64,000 nt of DNA from the human T2T-CHM13v2.0 reference genome, Homo sapiens: NCBI RefSeq assembly GCF_009914755.1, contig NC_060936.1; one strand, written 5' to 3'. A program made the translations under genes and the position numbers. Each line of letters begins with the position of its first letter. Position 1 is the first letter of the stretch. Positions 25,290-40,844 of this stretch are shown here, in pieces. Below the pieces are notes generated by a model. It was not told the DNA's origin. It saw nothing but the letters and a program-made list of their open reading frames with translations, and did no database searches.

Positions 25290-28200
25290 TAGTAATTTTT
25301 GCCATTTCTTTTCCTTTATTTTTACTCAATTAGCTAGTGTTTTTTCTATTTTGTTGACTTATTTAGAGAATCAAGATTTTTGTCTGAAAGACTGTTTTCT
25401 GTTCACTACCTCATTAATCTCTGTTTTTATCTCCATTATTTTCTTCACTCTGCTTATTTTGGCTTACTTTTTAAAACTTTTTGAATGGGAAATTTATTTA
25501 TTTACAATTCATCTATCTTCTATTGATACATATGGAGCAAGAATTGGCAAACTATTTTTGTAAAGGGCCTATAAATAACATATATTTTATGTTTTGTGGG
25601 CCATACAGTCTCTCACAACTACTCCACTTTGCAGTTGTGCAAAAACGGTCACAGAATATGCTTAAATGAATAAGTATGACACTTTTTGTAGGCCATACAA
25701 AACAGACAGTGAGTTAGAGTTCACCACTACTGTGACCAGTAGTTTTCTGACCCCTGAAACAAATGCTTAAGTTTCTGAGTTCTCTAATTTTTCTTTAAAT
25801 ATATCCCACAGATTGTAATAGGTAGTTTTTTATCATTCTTTTTTTCCAGAAAATTTTGTTATTTCTGTTTGTGTTTCCCCTTCTATCCAAGAGTTACTTA
25901 GTGGACAGTTTTTATTTCTGTGTGAAAAAGCCATTTTTATTTTAATTTCTCATTCTTTTACATTGTAACTAGAGTGTGTTGTCATTGTTTCAACTTATGA
26001 AAGTTGCAGCCTTCTTCTTTATGATCTAACATATGATTTCTTTTTGTAACTAGTCCATGTGTACTTGAGAAGAAACTATACTCCATATCACTATGTAGTG
26101 TCATGTTTGATATAGCTCCATAAGACCTATATTGTTGATTATGTTATTTACATTTTCTCTAATCCTTTTTTTCTTCTACCTGTCTTACACTGAGAGTAAT
26201 ACATTAAAATCAAATAAATATAGTGTTTCTATTTTATATCTCCTCTCATTTGTTTTAAGTGATTGTAGTATTACTTAGTGCTTAGATATTCATAACTTTC
26301 ATATCTTCATTGTAAGTTGTGGCTTTTAATATTTTAAAGTGCCCATTTTTCTCATTTAATACTTTCCGCCCTGAATTTTACTTTAATGTCAGAAACACAA
26401 TTCCTGCTTCCTTGTTGTTCCCATTTGCCTAATATAGCTTTGCTAATGCCTTTATTTCTAGCACATTTGAATTATTATGTTTTATGTGTGTCTCTTGTGC
26501 ACAGCAGAGTTGAGTTGCTTTATGAGCCAATTCAAAAGGAGCTTTCTTTTAGTAGATGAGTAAAGCCTATTTATATTCAATGGTACAATAATTATGTTGG
26601 TTTCTGTCATATTATGTTATAATTATTGTGTCTATTATGTTATATTTACTATGTGCCTTTCTGTATTTATGGAGTTTTATTTCCTTTATTTGAAAATCTC
26701 CTTTTGTATTTAGAAAGTCTTGTGATTTGTATTATCTACTACCTATTCATGCACACCTTTAAGTGCCTTTAATAACCTTATTTCTTCCTTAATGTTTTAC
26801 TCTGCAGTTTGTGAAATGTACATGGTATTCTTTGACTCCCGCCTATCACCTTTACAGTCAATGCTCTTATTCCACTCTCTCCTTTCTCTTTCTTTTCTCC
26901 TTCCATCTATTAGTTGTGTTCTTTCTACTTTGTCAGTATATGTAATGCTTACACACTGTTCTTTCATTCACATATCAACTTTGTATTAGTGTTAGTTCTA
27001 CAGTTAAACACATTAAATGTTCATCTTTGGTCCTTTTGTATAAGCTTCCCCAGGCATCTGTTTTGGTGAAGTTTATCTTGTGATAGACTACTCATGAAGA
27101 GCACGAAAATAATACACCTTGAGTTTCTTTTAATTCAAAGCTATTTATTTCATAAGCTTGTTATTTGAAGGATGACTTGGCTGCATATAAAATATTTTTC
27201 TCACACCTTCTCTAGGTTTTTAAAAAGTGTGCTTTTTTTTTTTAATGTGACCTTGCTTTTTATGTTGCTTATGAAAATTCTGGCACCAGCCTACTTTTTT
27301 TAATCCTTATAATTTTGTTTTATCTGCAGATGCTGATGATTTTGTTTTTGTCTCATAAAACCTAATCATTTTACTAGGATATGTCTCAGAGTTATTATTC
27401 TGGGTCAGTTTTCCCAGGTACACAATGGGCAGTCAGTTTTTAAATTAAAGTTTTCTTTTGAAAGTCTTGTTAGATTATAGTTTTAAATATTATTTCTGTT
27501 GATTGTGTTGCTTTCCTTCTTCTGGGTTTCTAATTATATGTGTGTTAGGTCTTCTTTGTCTTCTATATCACCTACTATCTCTCTAAACGTGTTTACTTCT
27601 TTATTTCACTTCATTTTTGTGGTTTCTTTTCTTTCCCTCTTTCCTCAATGCTCCTTACTAAATTTCCATTTAAATCTATTATCCCTTGAACATTTGGTAA
27701 TTTATCCTTCTTTTCTAATATGATTTATGTAATTTACTAAACTCTTGTTGCTTTCTTTCAGTGGAAATTTTGTTGATGGTGCTTTTTTTGGGACCATTTG
27801 TATTCTTAGCTTTCGCATTTTTAATTTTTGTATTTTCTAAAAATACCTTCAAATTCCTGTTTGAGGATTTTAAACTAAGACTTAAGTGTTGTGTTATAGG
27901 TTTATTCTGCTTTGTGGCTTGTTTTATTTTTAAGGAGAAATTTCCTCAACTGAAATCTTGATTCACACCTCCTGTTTTCTTACTTCAATGCCATATATAA
28001 AATTTGTTTGATTTATTTCTATTTGTGAGCATCTAAAGGACAAGATTCTTTGTTTGAAAGCTATCTCTTAGTTTATGGAAATGTAGTTTTGTTAATGGTT
28101 CCTTATGTTTATTTTGGTGATGGTTTATTTTTTCTCCTTTTGTTTCTGCAAGATTGTTAATTCCCTCCTCTTTGTATTTTTGTTTTCCTCTACTACCATA

Positions 28201-28650
28201 TTTTCCCAAGAGACATCACCCTTCTCTGTTTATCTCTCTTCCCTAGAAGTAGTTCTTCTCTCAGGCTGTCACTGCAGTTCTCACTTTCAAGTATCTTTCC
28301 TGTAGTAATGTGAATTACCAAGTATCAGGCCAATACTTGTGCATTTGCTGCTGAATCCTTTTCTTGCCCCCTTAGGAATACTTTTTCCTTAATGCATATA
28401 TTTACTCTGTCCTCTTTTCATGGACTTTCTTAAGCCTCCCCTCTCCTATCATCCATACCTGCAGGTATGCAACAGCCATGGGAACTCTGTCAGAAATTGG
28501 GTGTTTATTTATTTACACCTAATCTGACTCTTTTAGTATCCTTTTACTTTTAATAATGCTGAATACTTGGGTCATATGTGATTTTATTTGCCTTCCTTGT
28601 TGCTCTTATGTTTTTTGAGACAGCGTGTAAAAATATTCAGATTCAGACAG
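25290..28650 (-). mobile_element. Old L1M/HAL1-like antisense fragments, interrupted by MER58A
   Basis: T-rich stretch with diverged antisense L1-type motifs (ccatgtgtacttgagaagaa; tttgaaggatgacttggctgcatataaaat; tttactaggatatgtct). Subfamily and edges uncertain. Confidence 0.55.
25537..25756. mobile_element. MER58A (hAT-Charlie)
   Basis: caagaattggcaaactatttttgtaaagggcc...gggccatacagtctctcacaactactc...tagttttctgacccctg. Confidence 0.8.
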
Positions 28651-28789
28651 TCACCCTAAACCTCCATAAATCTAGTTTTAAATAAGGTTTTTGAAATTGA
28701 GCCTACATTTGAAAATACATGACATGAGCACCATATCCACAGTTCTATAGCAAGACATGTCCCTTAGTTTTCTGAAAATAGTCATTTCA

Positions 28790-28950
28790 GGCCAGGCATG
28801 GTGGCACACACCTGTAGTCTCAGCCACTTGGGAGGCTGAGGTGGAAGGATTCTATGAGCCCAGGAGTTCAAGGATGCAGTGAGCTATGCACTCTAGCTTG
28901 GGTGAGAAAGTGAGATCTTGTCTCTTAAAAATAAATAAATAAATAAATAA
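28790..28950 (+). mobile_element. Alu monomer (FRAM/AluJ right-arm-like) with (TAAA)n tail
   Basis: ggccaggcatggtggcacacacctgtagtctcagc...gcagtgagctatgcactctagc...aaataaataaat. Confidence 0.85.
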
Positions 28951-29577
28951 TCAACTTTTTTTGTAGCAGAACTATAGTTTAATCTCTTAGACAAACCACC
29001 TTCTCTGAATAAGTTGTTTCTAGAAATGTTTTTCATTAATAATTAGTAGTTATAAATTAAAGTGAGTATCTCCAGACTCAACCTTGTGACTCTGCTCTAT
29101 AATCTGGTCAGTTTATGGCTTAATTGAGTAACTTTATAACTCTTCCTCTCTTCTGATTGGTGTAAAAATTTTACCTATTCCAAGTTTAGGGAAATTATGT
29201 GTGTGTAGGGGAAAATAAAGTTTGGGTACCTAAGCAGAATTATGAGAGTATTTCTATTATGTGAAGGGAATTAATAAATTACCAACATTAGTAAGTAAAC
29301 CACCAAGTTATTTGATGTAAAAGCATTAGAAAGCTTTGCTTAAATGGACTGACTGTATCACTGCAGTGCTAACTCCTTTGAGCCTACCTTGGAGCATAAC
29401 CAAGCAGCCTACCCTGGCTCTGACTGGACCACTCTATAGGACAGTTCATCCAGTGGGGAGTTGTCAGTTTGTGACTATGTGAGTGCTCACCAAAATTGTT
29501 CTTTCATTACTGCCTGCCATGGATATATATATATTTTTAAAATAGTCATGTGTTATTATTGTTATTTATTTATTCTA

Positions 29578-31240
<1,663 letters not shown>

Positions 31241-32349
31241 AAAGCATCTAAGGGTGGAGTAATTCCAGTTCCAACAACCCTGCATCTCCTATCAATTCCA
31301 TTATGCTTTTCCAAAGAATTGTGGCACACATGAAAAACTTTAGCATCTCATATCATTTTCAAGACTACAGTTTAAATAAATCATTATAGTGTGTTTTTCT
31401 TTTTGTAACTAACCTGACTTAGGTTAGTGTTTTTACTAGAAATTTACTAGTCAGTAATGGGATTTTTGATAGTATAAGAACAATCCACCTAATGTAGAAT
31501 AATAAGATTGTAAAGAGCAGTAGCAATATAGGAAAAATTGAGACATTCAGCTATACTGGAGAGGTATGATAGGCAGCTTCCAGCAATATATGCGATAAAT
31601 ATATATGTCTATATCTAATCAGTTAACTCCCTTTAGTTAGACCAACAGGTGGAGGCAAGTCCAGGCTTTGATCCAATTTTATTTCAATGCCAAATGGTAC
31701 AGCTTCTTGAGAAAGGGAATTATTATGTCTACCTAAAGTGTAAGTAAGTTTTCTTTTAAGTAGAGCTTCTTAACTGAAAATTCAGTGGTGGCTAAATGCT
31801 TAGATTTACTGGAAATAGGCAATAGTTTCTCAAGCTGTGCTTTTTGCTTTCCTTGTGTGTTGAGATATTTGTGGTTTATGTTCCTCATAATATTACTGAA
31901 GACTCAAAGGAATGGCAACAGAACAAGACAATGGAAGACCTCATTTTCTTCAGAAACAACAAGCTGGAATTCAGAGTCCTAAAGTTTGAATTCTACATAT
32001 TTTCTACTTGTCTAGGTGGATTTAGAATTTTTGGTGCTTTAACCTGTGACTTGCCGTATTTTCATATTTAAAGTTACGAGAGCATCAAGTTAACACATAA
32101 TGAAGATAAAAAGTGACACAGCTGCTCTTTCTATAGTGAGAAACTGGTGATATGGTCCTTAAAAATCTCTGCTATTTCACATGAGAATAAGGAAACTAAA
32201 AGCAAAGTAAGTTGTCACTACAAAAATACATGTATGCTATTTCTTATCCTTTATCTAGTTGATTTTCATTTGTTTACAAATACCTAATTCATATGACACT
32301 TTTTCTGTAGGCATCTCAAATGACATATAATTGAAAGTAGACAGAAGTA

Positions 32350-33900
32350 ACTTTTTTTTTCAGTTCTGACTAGGATACCCAATAAACAAAATATAGCCTT
32401 TGCCTTAAGGAGCTGTTATTTGCAATGAACAGAAATATATCAATAAATGCCTACAACAAAATTTTATAGTATCATGATAAATTTATGTGTAAAGTGTAGA
32501 AGTACTGAAGAGGAAGTGGTTATATCTGGGCATGGGAGTAGGAAGAAGGGATAGAGAAAGCTTAACGAAAGAAATAACTTCTGACAAAATTTTGGCGGGC
32601 AAACAGGAATTGACCTGGTTGAAAACAGTCTAGGTGGGGAAGAGGGAGGAATCATGTCCAGGTTGAGAGAAAAACAGGTGTGAAGACAGAGTCAAGCAAA
32701 AAGAATGGCATTAAGGGTGCTCTGTTTTGTTTGTGTTCCTAATTCTTTAATTTTCTTTTTTTATAGGCAACAAATATTTATTGAGTACCTATCACGCCCT
32801 ATGGACTGTTTACTTTATGAAGCTTAAGTTCTGGAGAAGGGGTAGGTAACTATATTCTACAAGATAGGCAATAAACCCAATGAACACAGAACACATACTG
32901 TAATGGAAAATGCCATTGAGAAATTGGAAGTAGGAAAGGGGATGGAGAGATCTGGGATGGGGATTGGTGAAAGTGAGTTTTAAATGAGATGGTTAGGAAT
33001 GGGCTCACTGAGAAAGAAATATTTTAATAAAAATCTGAACAATGTTTTCATGCAGAAAACAGAAGAGCATTTCAGGAGAGAAATCAGAAAGTACAAAGGC
33101 CCTACAACTGGAGTTCTCCTCATTTACTTAAGGATTAATGAGAAGGCCCCTGCAGTTTCTAATTATTTTTCATCCTCTTAATGCTTATGATTTAATCACA
33201 ATCGACTCCTCTCAATGCTCGAGTATGCCTTACTATTTTACAATATAAATTTTTTATATTTTTTTCTTACTAGGAATGCCATCTTACATCTTCATTTCCC
33301 TGAAAATAAACAATTTTTACTTTAAGAATAGTTAAGTGTTCACCCAAGTGTCATCTGTACTTCCTTTTTTTTCCTCTTAGGCATATTGTGGTGCTGTTGT
33401 CACAATGCTCCATTGTAAATTGTACTCAAGTAATCAGTTAGTTTTGGACGTTTTGAATTTGACATGATTTTGAATCAACTAGATAAAGATGTTTACTAGA
33501 GGAATGGATGTATGAATCTGAAGTGCAGAGTATATCCAAGGTTGGATATAGAAAGATGATCTTATAGGATGAAGTTGGTACCGTAAGAATTTGTAGTATC
33601 ACAGAGAAGAAAAAGTGATAAGAAAGTCAAAAACTAGCTCTGCAATTTTTAATAAAATCAACAGTGAGAGATAGTCCGAAAAAGAATATTTGAGGAGGGA
33701 GCTTTTGAGTTCTTAGAGAACTAGGTAAAAAAATAAGGAGAAAATTGAAAAATGATGAGAAAGCCACATGTGAGGATCACAGTGGAAAATGTTTAGTTCT
33801 CAGGGTCTCTTACTGTAATTAGAGGGAAAGGCAGGGTCAGAATCACTTTCCATGAGAAAAACTTGAACATGTTTGTATAATAAGGGGAAGTCTGTAGAGA
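32350..33900 (-). mobile_element. Several L2 fragments
   Basis: caacaaatatttattgagtacctatc; gtacaaaggccctacaactggag; ttttggacgttttgaatttgacatg. Boundaries approximate. Confidence 0.6.
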
Positions 33901-34593
33901 AATGGATGTTGGACATATAAGATATATAGACGATACTTGCTAAAAAGGGAACAGGAGAAGGATGAATTTTAAAAGCCTGTCTTCTGGTATTTACTGCAAC
34001 TAGTCAGCCTTCAATTGGAACACCCATGAAAATTCAGAGGAAATTTGCAAAATTACAAAAGCCTAGTAAACTAACATCAAACAATAACTTGTCAGTCTTT
34101 GGGGGGATTTCATTCCAACTATTAAGACTTGTAGTTTTTCACACTTTCTATAATGAGCATATATAATTTACTGTATTATGTTGGGTTACCCAGGAAGCAG
34201 AAGCTAAGATTTGTGTGCAGAAAATTTACTGGGGAAAATCTTCACTATGGACATATTTTCCTTTTTGGCCTTACACAGGGTTATAATAGCAGTTTTTAAA
34301 ACCTTGCCTGTGATTATAATATCTGAATTTTCTCTTGAATATGAATCACATTTTCCTATTTTTTGGAGGAGAGGGGATGAAGTGGAGAGGAGTGAAGCAG
34401 GAAATTTTAAAGTATATCTGGGACACTATGATGATGAGTCCTGGATTCTGTTGTGTGTATGTGGTATTTTTTTTTTGTAAGAGTATTAATTGTTTTGGTT
34501 TGTTTGTTTTAGGAGACAGTTAACTTGGTTGCACTCAACTCCAAACTCTGTCTCCCCTTGGACAAGCAGCTGCTGAAATCTCTGCTAAATTCT

Positions 34594-35120
34594 TGTACTG
34601 GTTTCTTAAGGTTACTATAACATAATGTGACCACAATGAAACAATAAAAATTTACTCTATTATTTGAAACAACAAAATGTCTTAAAATAACAAAAACTTA
34701 CTCTTTCACGATTCTGGAGACCCACAAGTTCTGGAGACCCACAAGTCCAACTCAGTATCACTGGGCTAACATTTAAGCGTTAGCAGGGTTGTATTCCCTT
34801 CAGAAGCTCTGCAGGAGTCTCATTTGCTTGCTTCTTCTAGCTTTCGGTGTTTGCTGGGACAGCTTGGCATATGGCTGCATCACTTGCTTATCTTCAAGGG
34901 CAGCATCCCAAAATCTCTCTCTGTGGTATCTTCACATTACCTTCTGCTCTGTGTAGTAAAATCTCCCATTGCCTCCTTCTTATAAGGATGCATGTGGTTG
35001 CATTTAGGGCGATCTCAGCTGGATAATCCAAGATAATCTCTCCATCTCGAGAGCCTTAACTTAATCACTACATAGACTGTCACATAAGGTAACACTCACA
35101 GATTCCAGGGATTAGGGGAA
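34594..35120 (-). mobile_element. MLT1C/D-like MaLR LTR
   Basis: ttctggagacccacaagtcc...cttataaggatgcatgtggttgcatttagggc...ggataatccaagataatctctccatctc...aaggtaacactcacagattccagggattagg. Confidence 0.8.
34712..34745. repeat. Perfect 17-bp tandem duplication
   Basis: ttctggagacccacaag twice. Confidence 0.95.
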
Positions 35121-35629
35121 GAGGGTACAGACTTCTATTTACAATTTTTTAAAGCCTTATTTGGGCTGCTTGGAGTTTGCCCTGTGTTTACAGAGTTTAA
35201 GGGTCAGTTTAAGATTTGGATAGAGTTTATATTCTGAACTGGGGACTCTCTTTTTCTGGATGTCTATTTTCTAAGATTCACCTGTCTTACTTCTTTCTTC
35301 TGTTGTCATCTAGAGTTCTGTCCACTATTTCTTCAAGACAGAAAGATCGTGCCTTTATTGTTGTTTGAGACTTGGCCATCCTGTTTGGAATCAGCCAGTT
35401 TCTGCATTCAAGACCAAAAACTAGATGAAATAGGAAGCTACTTTCTGTCATTTCCTTTTCCCACAAATATTCACTTCTTCAGTTTCTGCCTGCTTTGGAC
35501 TATTCTACAGTGCCCTCAAGTAGGTGTTCTTCTCTTTTTCCCAGAGTTTATAGTTTTTATCTATAGGGTAGATGGTCAACAGTAGTTACTCCTCTATTAC
35601 TGAAAGCTGGGCCTGTACATTTTTTTTAA

Positions 35630-36322
35630 GAGCACATGGGGCATTTACAAAAAAAAAAAATGCAAGTTTTGGTTTATAAACAAAGTCTCAACAAATCACC
35701 ATAGGTTGCAACCCTTTTAAAGTATTTTTCTGACAAAAGAAATTTAAAATTCTAAAACAAAAAGATAAACTAAAAACCTTAAATGACTATATATAAAACA
35801 ATGGACTTTTAAATAATCTTTGAGTCACAAAAGAAAAACAAAGATTAAAAAACATTTGGACAACATGCTAAAAAAGACATTAAAATGTGTCAGATATACT
35901 AAAGCACTACTTAGAGAAAATATTATAGCCTTAAATGCAAATATTTAAAAAGAGAGAGGGTGAAAAGTCAATGATGTATGTTTCCATCCCAAGAAAAAGA
36001 AAAAGAATACCAAATCCAAACTAAGTAGAAAAGGAGGAAGGAAATAATAGAGATAGGAGCTGAAATAAATAAAATTAAAACCAAATATACATTAGAGAAA
36101 AATAACAAAGCCAAATTGATATTTGAAATGATGAACAAAATTTCTGAACACTGTGAAAAACAGACAAGAAAATAGCTGACAACTTATCAGTAATCAGGAA
36201 TAAAATTTAGATTATAAATACAAATCCAATAGACATTAAATATAATAAAGGATATTGTGAACAGTTTTGTTCAAAATATTCAAAATAAGTTTGAATATTT
36301 GGATGAAATGGACAAATTCTCT
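35630..36322 (+). mobile_element. Old L1M ORF2 fragment
   Basis: A-rich L1 ORF2-type sequence (aaagcactacttagagaaaatattatagccttaaatgc...gatgaaatggacaaattc). Confidence 0.7.
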
Positions 36323-36414
36323 TCTCTGTTCCTTCTCCTTTGCACCTCTGTATTATTGTGTGAGGGTGGGATGTATATTTGGGTAGATGACCTTTTATAA
36401 AAGAACTGCTTTAT

Positions 36415-36843
36415 TGTATTAGGGCATTCTTGCATTGCTCTAAAGAAATGCTTGAAACTGGGTAATTTATAAAGAAAAGAGGTTTAATTGGTTCACTGTT
36501 CTGCACACTGTACAGGAAACATGGAGCTGGCAGCTACTCGGCTTCTAGAGAAGCCTCAGGCAGTTTACAATCATGGCAGAAGGCGAAGGGGGAGCAGGGA
36601 TGTCACATGGTAAAAGAAGGAGCAAGAGAGAGAGAGTAGAGGGGAGGTGCCACATGCTTTTAAACAAACAGATCTTGTGTGAACTCAGTGTGAAAGCTCA
36701 CTTATCACTAAGGGGATGGCCCAAGTCACTCATGAGGGATCTGCTCCCATGATCCAAACACCTCCCACCAGTCTCCACCTCCAACACGAGGGATTACATT
36801 TCAACATGAGATTTGGGTGGGGACAAATATTCAAACTATACCA
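36415..36843 (-). mobile_element. MSTA solo LTR
   Basis: tgtattagggcattcttgcattgct...gggtaatttataaagaaaagaggtttaattgg...catgagatttgggtggggacaaatattcaaactatacca. Confidence 0.9.
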
Positions 36844-36979
36844 TTAGCAAATAGTTTTGAATATGAGTATTGTTTAACTTTGCTCCTCATTTTATGGCAT
36901 AGTAAACTGAGGTTTACAATTCTTTCCCTATTCTCTTAGCTAGTTATTAGTGGAGAGTTGAGCAAAGGTGTTGTTGTTT

Positions 36980-37314
36980 AAAAGTTCATGTGTTGAAAAT
37001 TTAATACCAATGCAACACTGTTGAGGGGTGGGACCTGTAAGACATGATTAGGTCATAGGGCTCTGCCCTCAATGTGTGGACTAGTGCCCTTATGGCAGGA
37101 GTGGGTGATTTATAAAAGAGTAAGTTGAGCCTTCTTCCCTCACCCTCCTTTTTTCCCTCTGCCATGGGATGATGCAGCAGAAGGCCCCCACCAGATGTCA
37201 GCCCTTTGATGTTAGACTTTCCAGCCTCCAGAATTGTAGGAAATAAATTTCTGTTCTTCATATATTACCCAGTCTCAGGTATTCTGTCATAGCAGCACAA
37301 AACAGACTAAGATA
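36980..37314 (+). mobile_element. MSTD-like LTR
   Basis: aaagttcatgtgttgaaaatttaat...ccagcctccagaattgtaggaaataaatttctg...agcagcacaaaacagactaagata. Confidence 0.8.
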
Positions 37315-37930
37315 AAAGGTCTTCTAACGTCCAGTCTTTCATCCACTTCAGAGGGTGAAGGTATCCATTATTTCAAAGAGCTATTCAGAAAATAGGATTT
37401 TCAGTGTCTATAATGAGAGTTGGTAATGAAAGGAAAGGACATATTAATTAAGGTTGAGAGTGGGAGTTCACTAATAATATCTGACTGCTGACTTTCCATG
37501 AATAAGGAGACTAAAGCTACAATTTAAACAACTGAATTGAGCATTGGCCACTCCCCATGAGTTGTATGAGTTGAAAGAATTTGAGGACACAGTGGCTATG
37601 AACTAAGGAGTAACACATCCTTTTGTTACATTATACATTGATTCCTATTATATAAATGGGGCAACATGAAAGATAAATTAGAGGACTCCATTGTGAAACA
37701 ATAGATGTGAAGATGTCCTTGCAATATTAGCATGTGTCCTTTTCTGTAAATTTGCTCTTTTGGTGCATAGCAGTTACTGCTAAAGCTAAGAGATTCAAAT
37801 ATTACTCTTAATCCCTAAAAAGATTACAGTGGCTCTGCATGAGTAGCAAGTTGCTGCCGTTTAATATATATGCAGTATTTAGTATTCAAAAACTTTCCCG
37901 TCCTGGTCTCCCCACCACGTGGCACTGATA

Positions 37931-37955
37931 GTGTGTGTGTGTGTGTGTGTGTGTG
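37931..37955. repeat. (GT)n microsatellite
   Basis: Pure gtgtgt run. Confidence 0.95.
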
Positions 37956-39030
37956 CATGCAAGCTTGGTGCACTGTGCATCCATCCCATTGCCTGGATTC
38001 CCAGTTGGCTATGTAAAAGCTAGGTCAGTGGGCTGACGTGATCTCTGAGATGCTGCAGACTGGGTTTAGCATGACTCTCTTTAAACCAGCAGGCAGAACC
38101 TTGGTTACCTTTCTGCTGTGGTAATTGCAGCTTAAAATATTAATTGGAAAAGCCCCGTTTTCCTTACTCTCCTGCTTTTTTGCCATATCGAGTATGTTAG
38201 AAATTGTTCTGGGAAGCCTGGAGAAGTGAGGAAACGGTGGGCGGAGCAGAGGAGAAAGAAAGGGAGTACATGCTGTGGAAAGCTGCACTGTTGCTGTAGT
38301 TTCCTTTCCCTTCACTGAGGTTTAGTCACTAGTTGGAGGAAATTGGAATGTTTGAAGAAGGAGGGCCAGTGCAGGGTGGAAAAAGGAGGGGAAGACAGGA
38401 GAATTCAATAAGGCCAAGGGCAGTTTAGCAAAGCAATGCCCAGTAAATTGTACTATGGAACTCTGTAAGTGACTAGGGAGTCAGAGCCATCCAGGGCACA
38501 TGACAAAATTGTCCTACTGTTTCTTTTGAAGATCTGCAGACAGGTTCTATACCAGACTGCCAGATTGGAAGCCTTCAGACTATTGTTTCTATAATTCCCT
38601 TCTTCCTAATTTTAGGGACAGAAGTGCCAGCTGGCCATTCATTTTCCAACAGCTTTCTTCATACCTCGACACCAGTCCTGATGACTCTGATCCCATACTC
38701 ATGAAGCCGACCTCAAACTTACAAGCACGTTGAATCTGAGCTGAATTTATAGTTAAAGTGGCATGTTTCACATATTTTTATAGACGCTGGAAGATGAGTA
38801 CACCAGTTGGATCAGTCCTGAAAACATCAAAAGGCTGGATGATACAGGGAGGAAAAAGAGAAGGAACTCTGCTGAAAGAAATACCAAAACTCTTATTGTT
38901 CATGTGGTAGAAAAAGTAATGAATGAAGTCTTAAGACCTGGGGTCTAGCTGCAGCTTTCCCCTAACTAGTCACATGACCTTAAGCAAATTCTGTCCCTCC
39001 CTCACAGAATAATGAGTGGAATTCAACAAT

Positions 39031-39329
39031 TCTTTCTTTTTCTTTTCTTTTTTTTTTTTTTTTTGAGACAGAGTTTTGCTCCCATTGCTGCCCAGGCTGG
39101 AGTGCAATGGTGCCATCTCGGCTTACCGCAACCACCTCCGTCTCCCAGGTTCAAGAGATTCTCCTGCCTCAGCCTCCTGAGTAGCTAGGATTACAGGCAT
39201 GGGCCAGCATGCCCAGCTAATTTTGTATTTTTAGTAGACACTGGGTTTCTTCATGTTGGTCAGGCTGGTCTCGAACTCCCAACCTCCGATGATCTGCCTG
39301 CCTCGGCCTCCCAAAGTGCTGGCATTACA
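39031..39329 (-). mobile_element. Alu (AluSp/Sq-like), ~20 nt short at its 5' end
   Basis: Poly-T, gagtgcaatgg, gttggtcaggctggtctcgaactcccaacc. Flanks ggaattcaacaattct / ggagttcaatactttct are TSD-like. Confidence 0.92.
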
Positions 39330-40481
39330 AGGAGTTCAATACTTTCTAAGATCCTTCAAACTTTCATATTTTCAAAACCATATATTTGTCAGCAAATACA
39401 TATTAGATGTCTGCAATATGCCAAGCATTATATACCCACCTATAATAGTTTACTGCCTTTGTTTTTGAAGGACCACATTTCTCTTTGGTTACTCAATTTC
39501 CTCATGGTGAAATGCGACTAATGATGACTCTCCTGCTTATTTTAGAACACAGAGGGAAATTGTATCTGAAAGTGATTTGGAAAATCTAAAATGTTCTGCA
39601 GCAGCAGATACCTTTGACATATTCATTTGTATTGTGGGAACATATGTACAGGTTTTTCTCTTTGAGATAATAAGCAATAACCTGAAAATGCTCTGTTTTA
39701 CTTGAAAATGTGTGAGATGCCTGATCCAGAGAGAAATTATCTTAATACTGTTCCAGAGTTGTGTTTGCATGTACACACAAAGCTGCTAATTAGATCACAG
39801 TAAATGCACAAAGTAACATTGTCTGCTTGAAGAATAAAGAATGTGTTCCATGAGAGCTTGCCTATTTTATTCACCATCACATTTATAATAGTAATATTTG
39901 TTGAAGGAATGAATGAGTGAAGCAATGAAAGAACGCAGATAGCAGAGATGTCTTTAGTTTTCTTTTCATTACCAATTTCAATTCTTGTGTCGTCTTCAAT
40001 ATTTAGGTATTTTCTTTGATACTTTTTCTTCTCCTCTGATTACCTCTAGAGGAGAGTATGTTGAAGCTCATTTTGACTCAAAATAATTTATGCTTAGGAA
40101 TCAAAAGATGTTCGTGTTGCAAACACACATTCCTTAGAAATATTACTATTGTAATTGCTTCCTGAGATCATCTTTAATGTGTCCAATACATTATTCTGCT
40201 TTAGTTCTGTAGCACCTAACACAGGGTATGGCATTGAAAAAGTACTCAGTAATTCATGAATGATTTGGCCAATCCAATGGAATAACTGGTGTGAGTACCT
40301 GGGACAGAGGTGCATGACTAATAGGAGTATTGTGTAAGAAATGACACAGGGGTTCTGAAATTTTGCCACGGCATATTTAGTCATTTCCATTCAGTGTTAA
40401 GATGGTTGTCACCACACAAATCATATCTATTTGTTCACTGTAAATTTTCTCCAGGGTCCCTTCCCACCTTCAAATGCATTA

Positions 40482-40844
40482 TTTTATTTTATTTTATTAT
40501 TTTATTTTATTTTATTTTATTTTATTTTATTTTATTTTTTGAGGCGGAGTCTCGCTCTGTCGCCCAGGCTGGAGTGCGGTGGCGCAATCTCCGCTCACTG
40601 CAAACTCCGCCTCCTGGGTTCACGCCATTCTCCTGCCTCAGCTTTCTGAGTAGCTGGGACTGCAGGCGCCCAACACCATGCCCGGCTAATTTTTTGTATT
40701 TTTTGTATTTTTTTTTTTTTTTTTTTGAGTAGAGACGAGGTTTCACCGTGTTAGCCAGGATGGTCTCGATCTCCTGACCTTGTGATCCGCCTGCCTCGCC
40801 TGCCAAAGTGCTGGGATTACAGGCATGAGCCACCTCGCCCGGCC
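40482..40844 (-). mobile_element. AluY with (TAAAA)n tail and expanded middle A-rich linker
   Basis: AluY diagnostics. Perfect 19-bp TSD cccaccttcaaatgcatta at 40463-40481 and 40845-40863. Confidence 0.97.
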
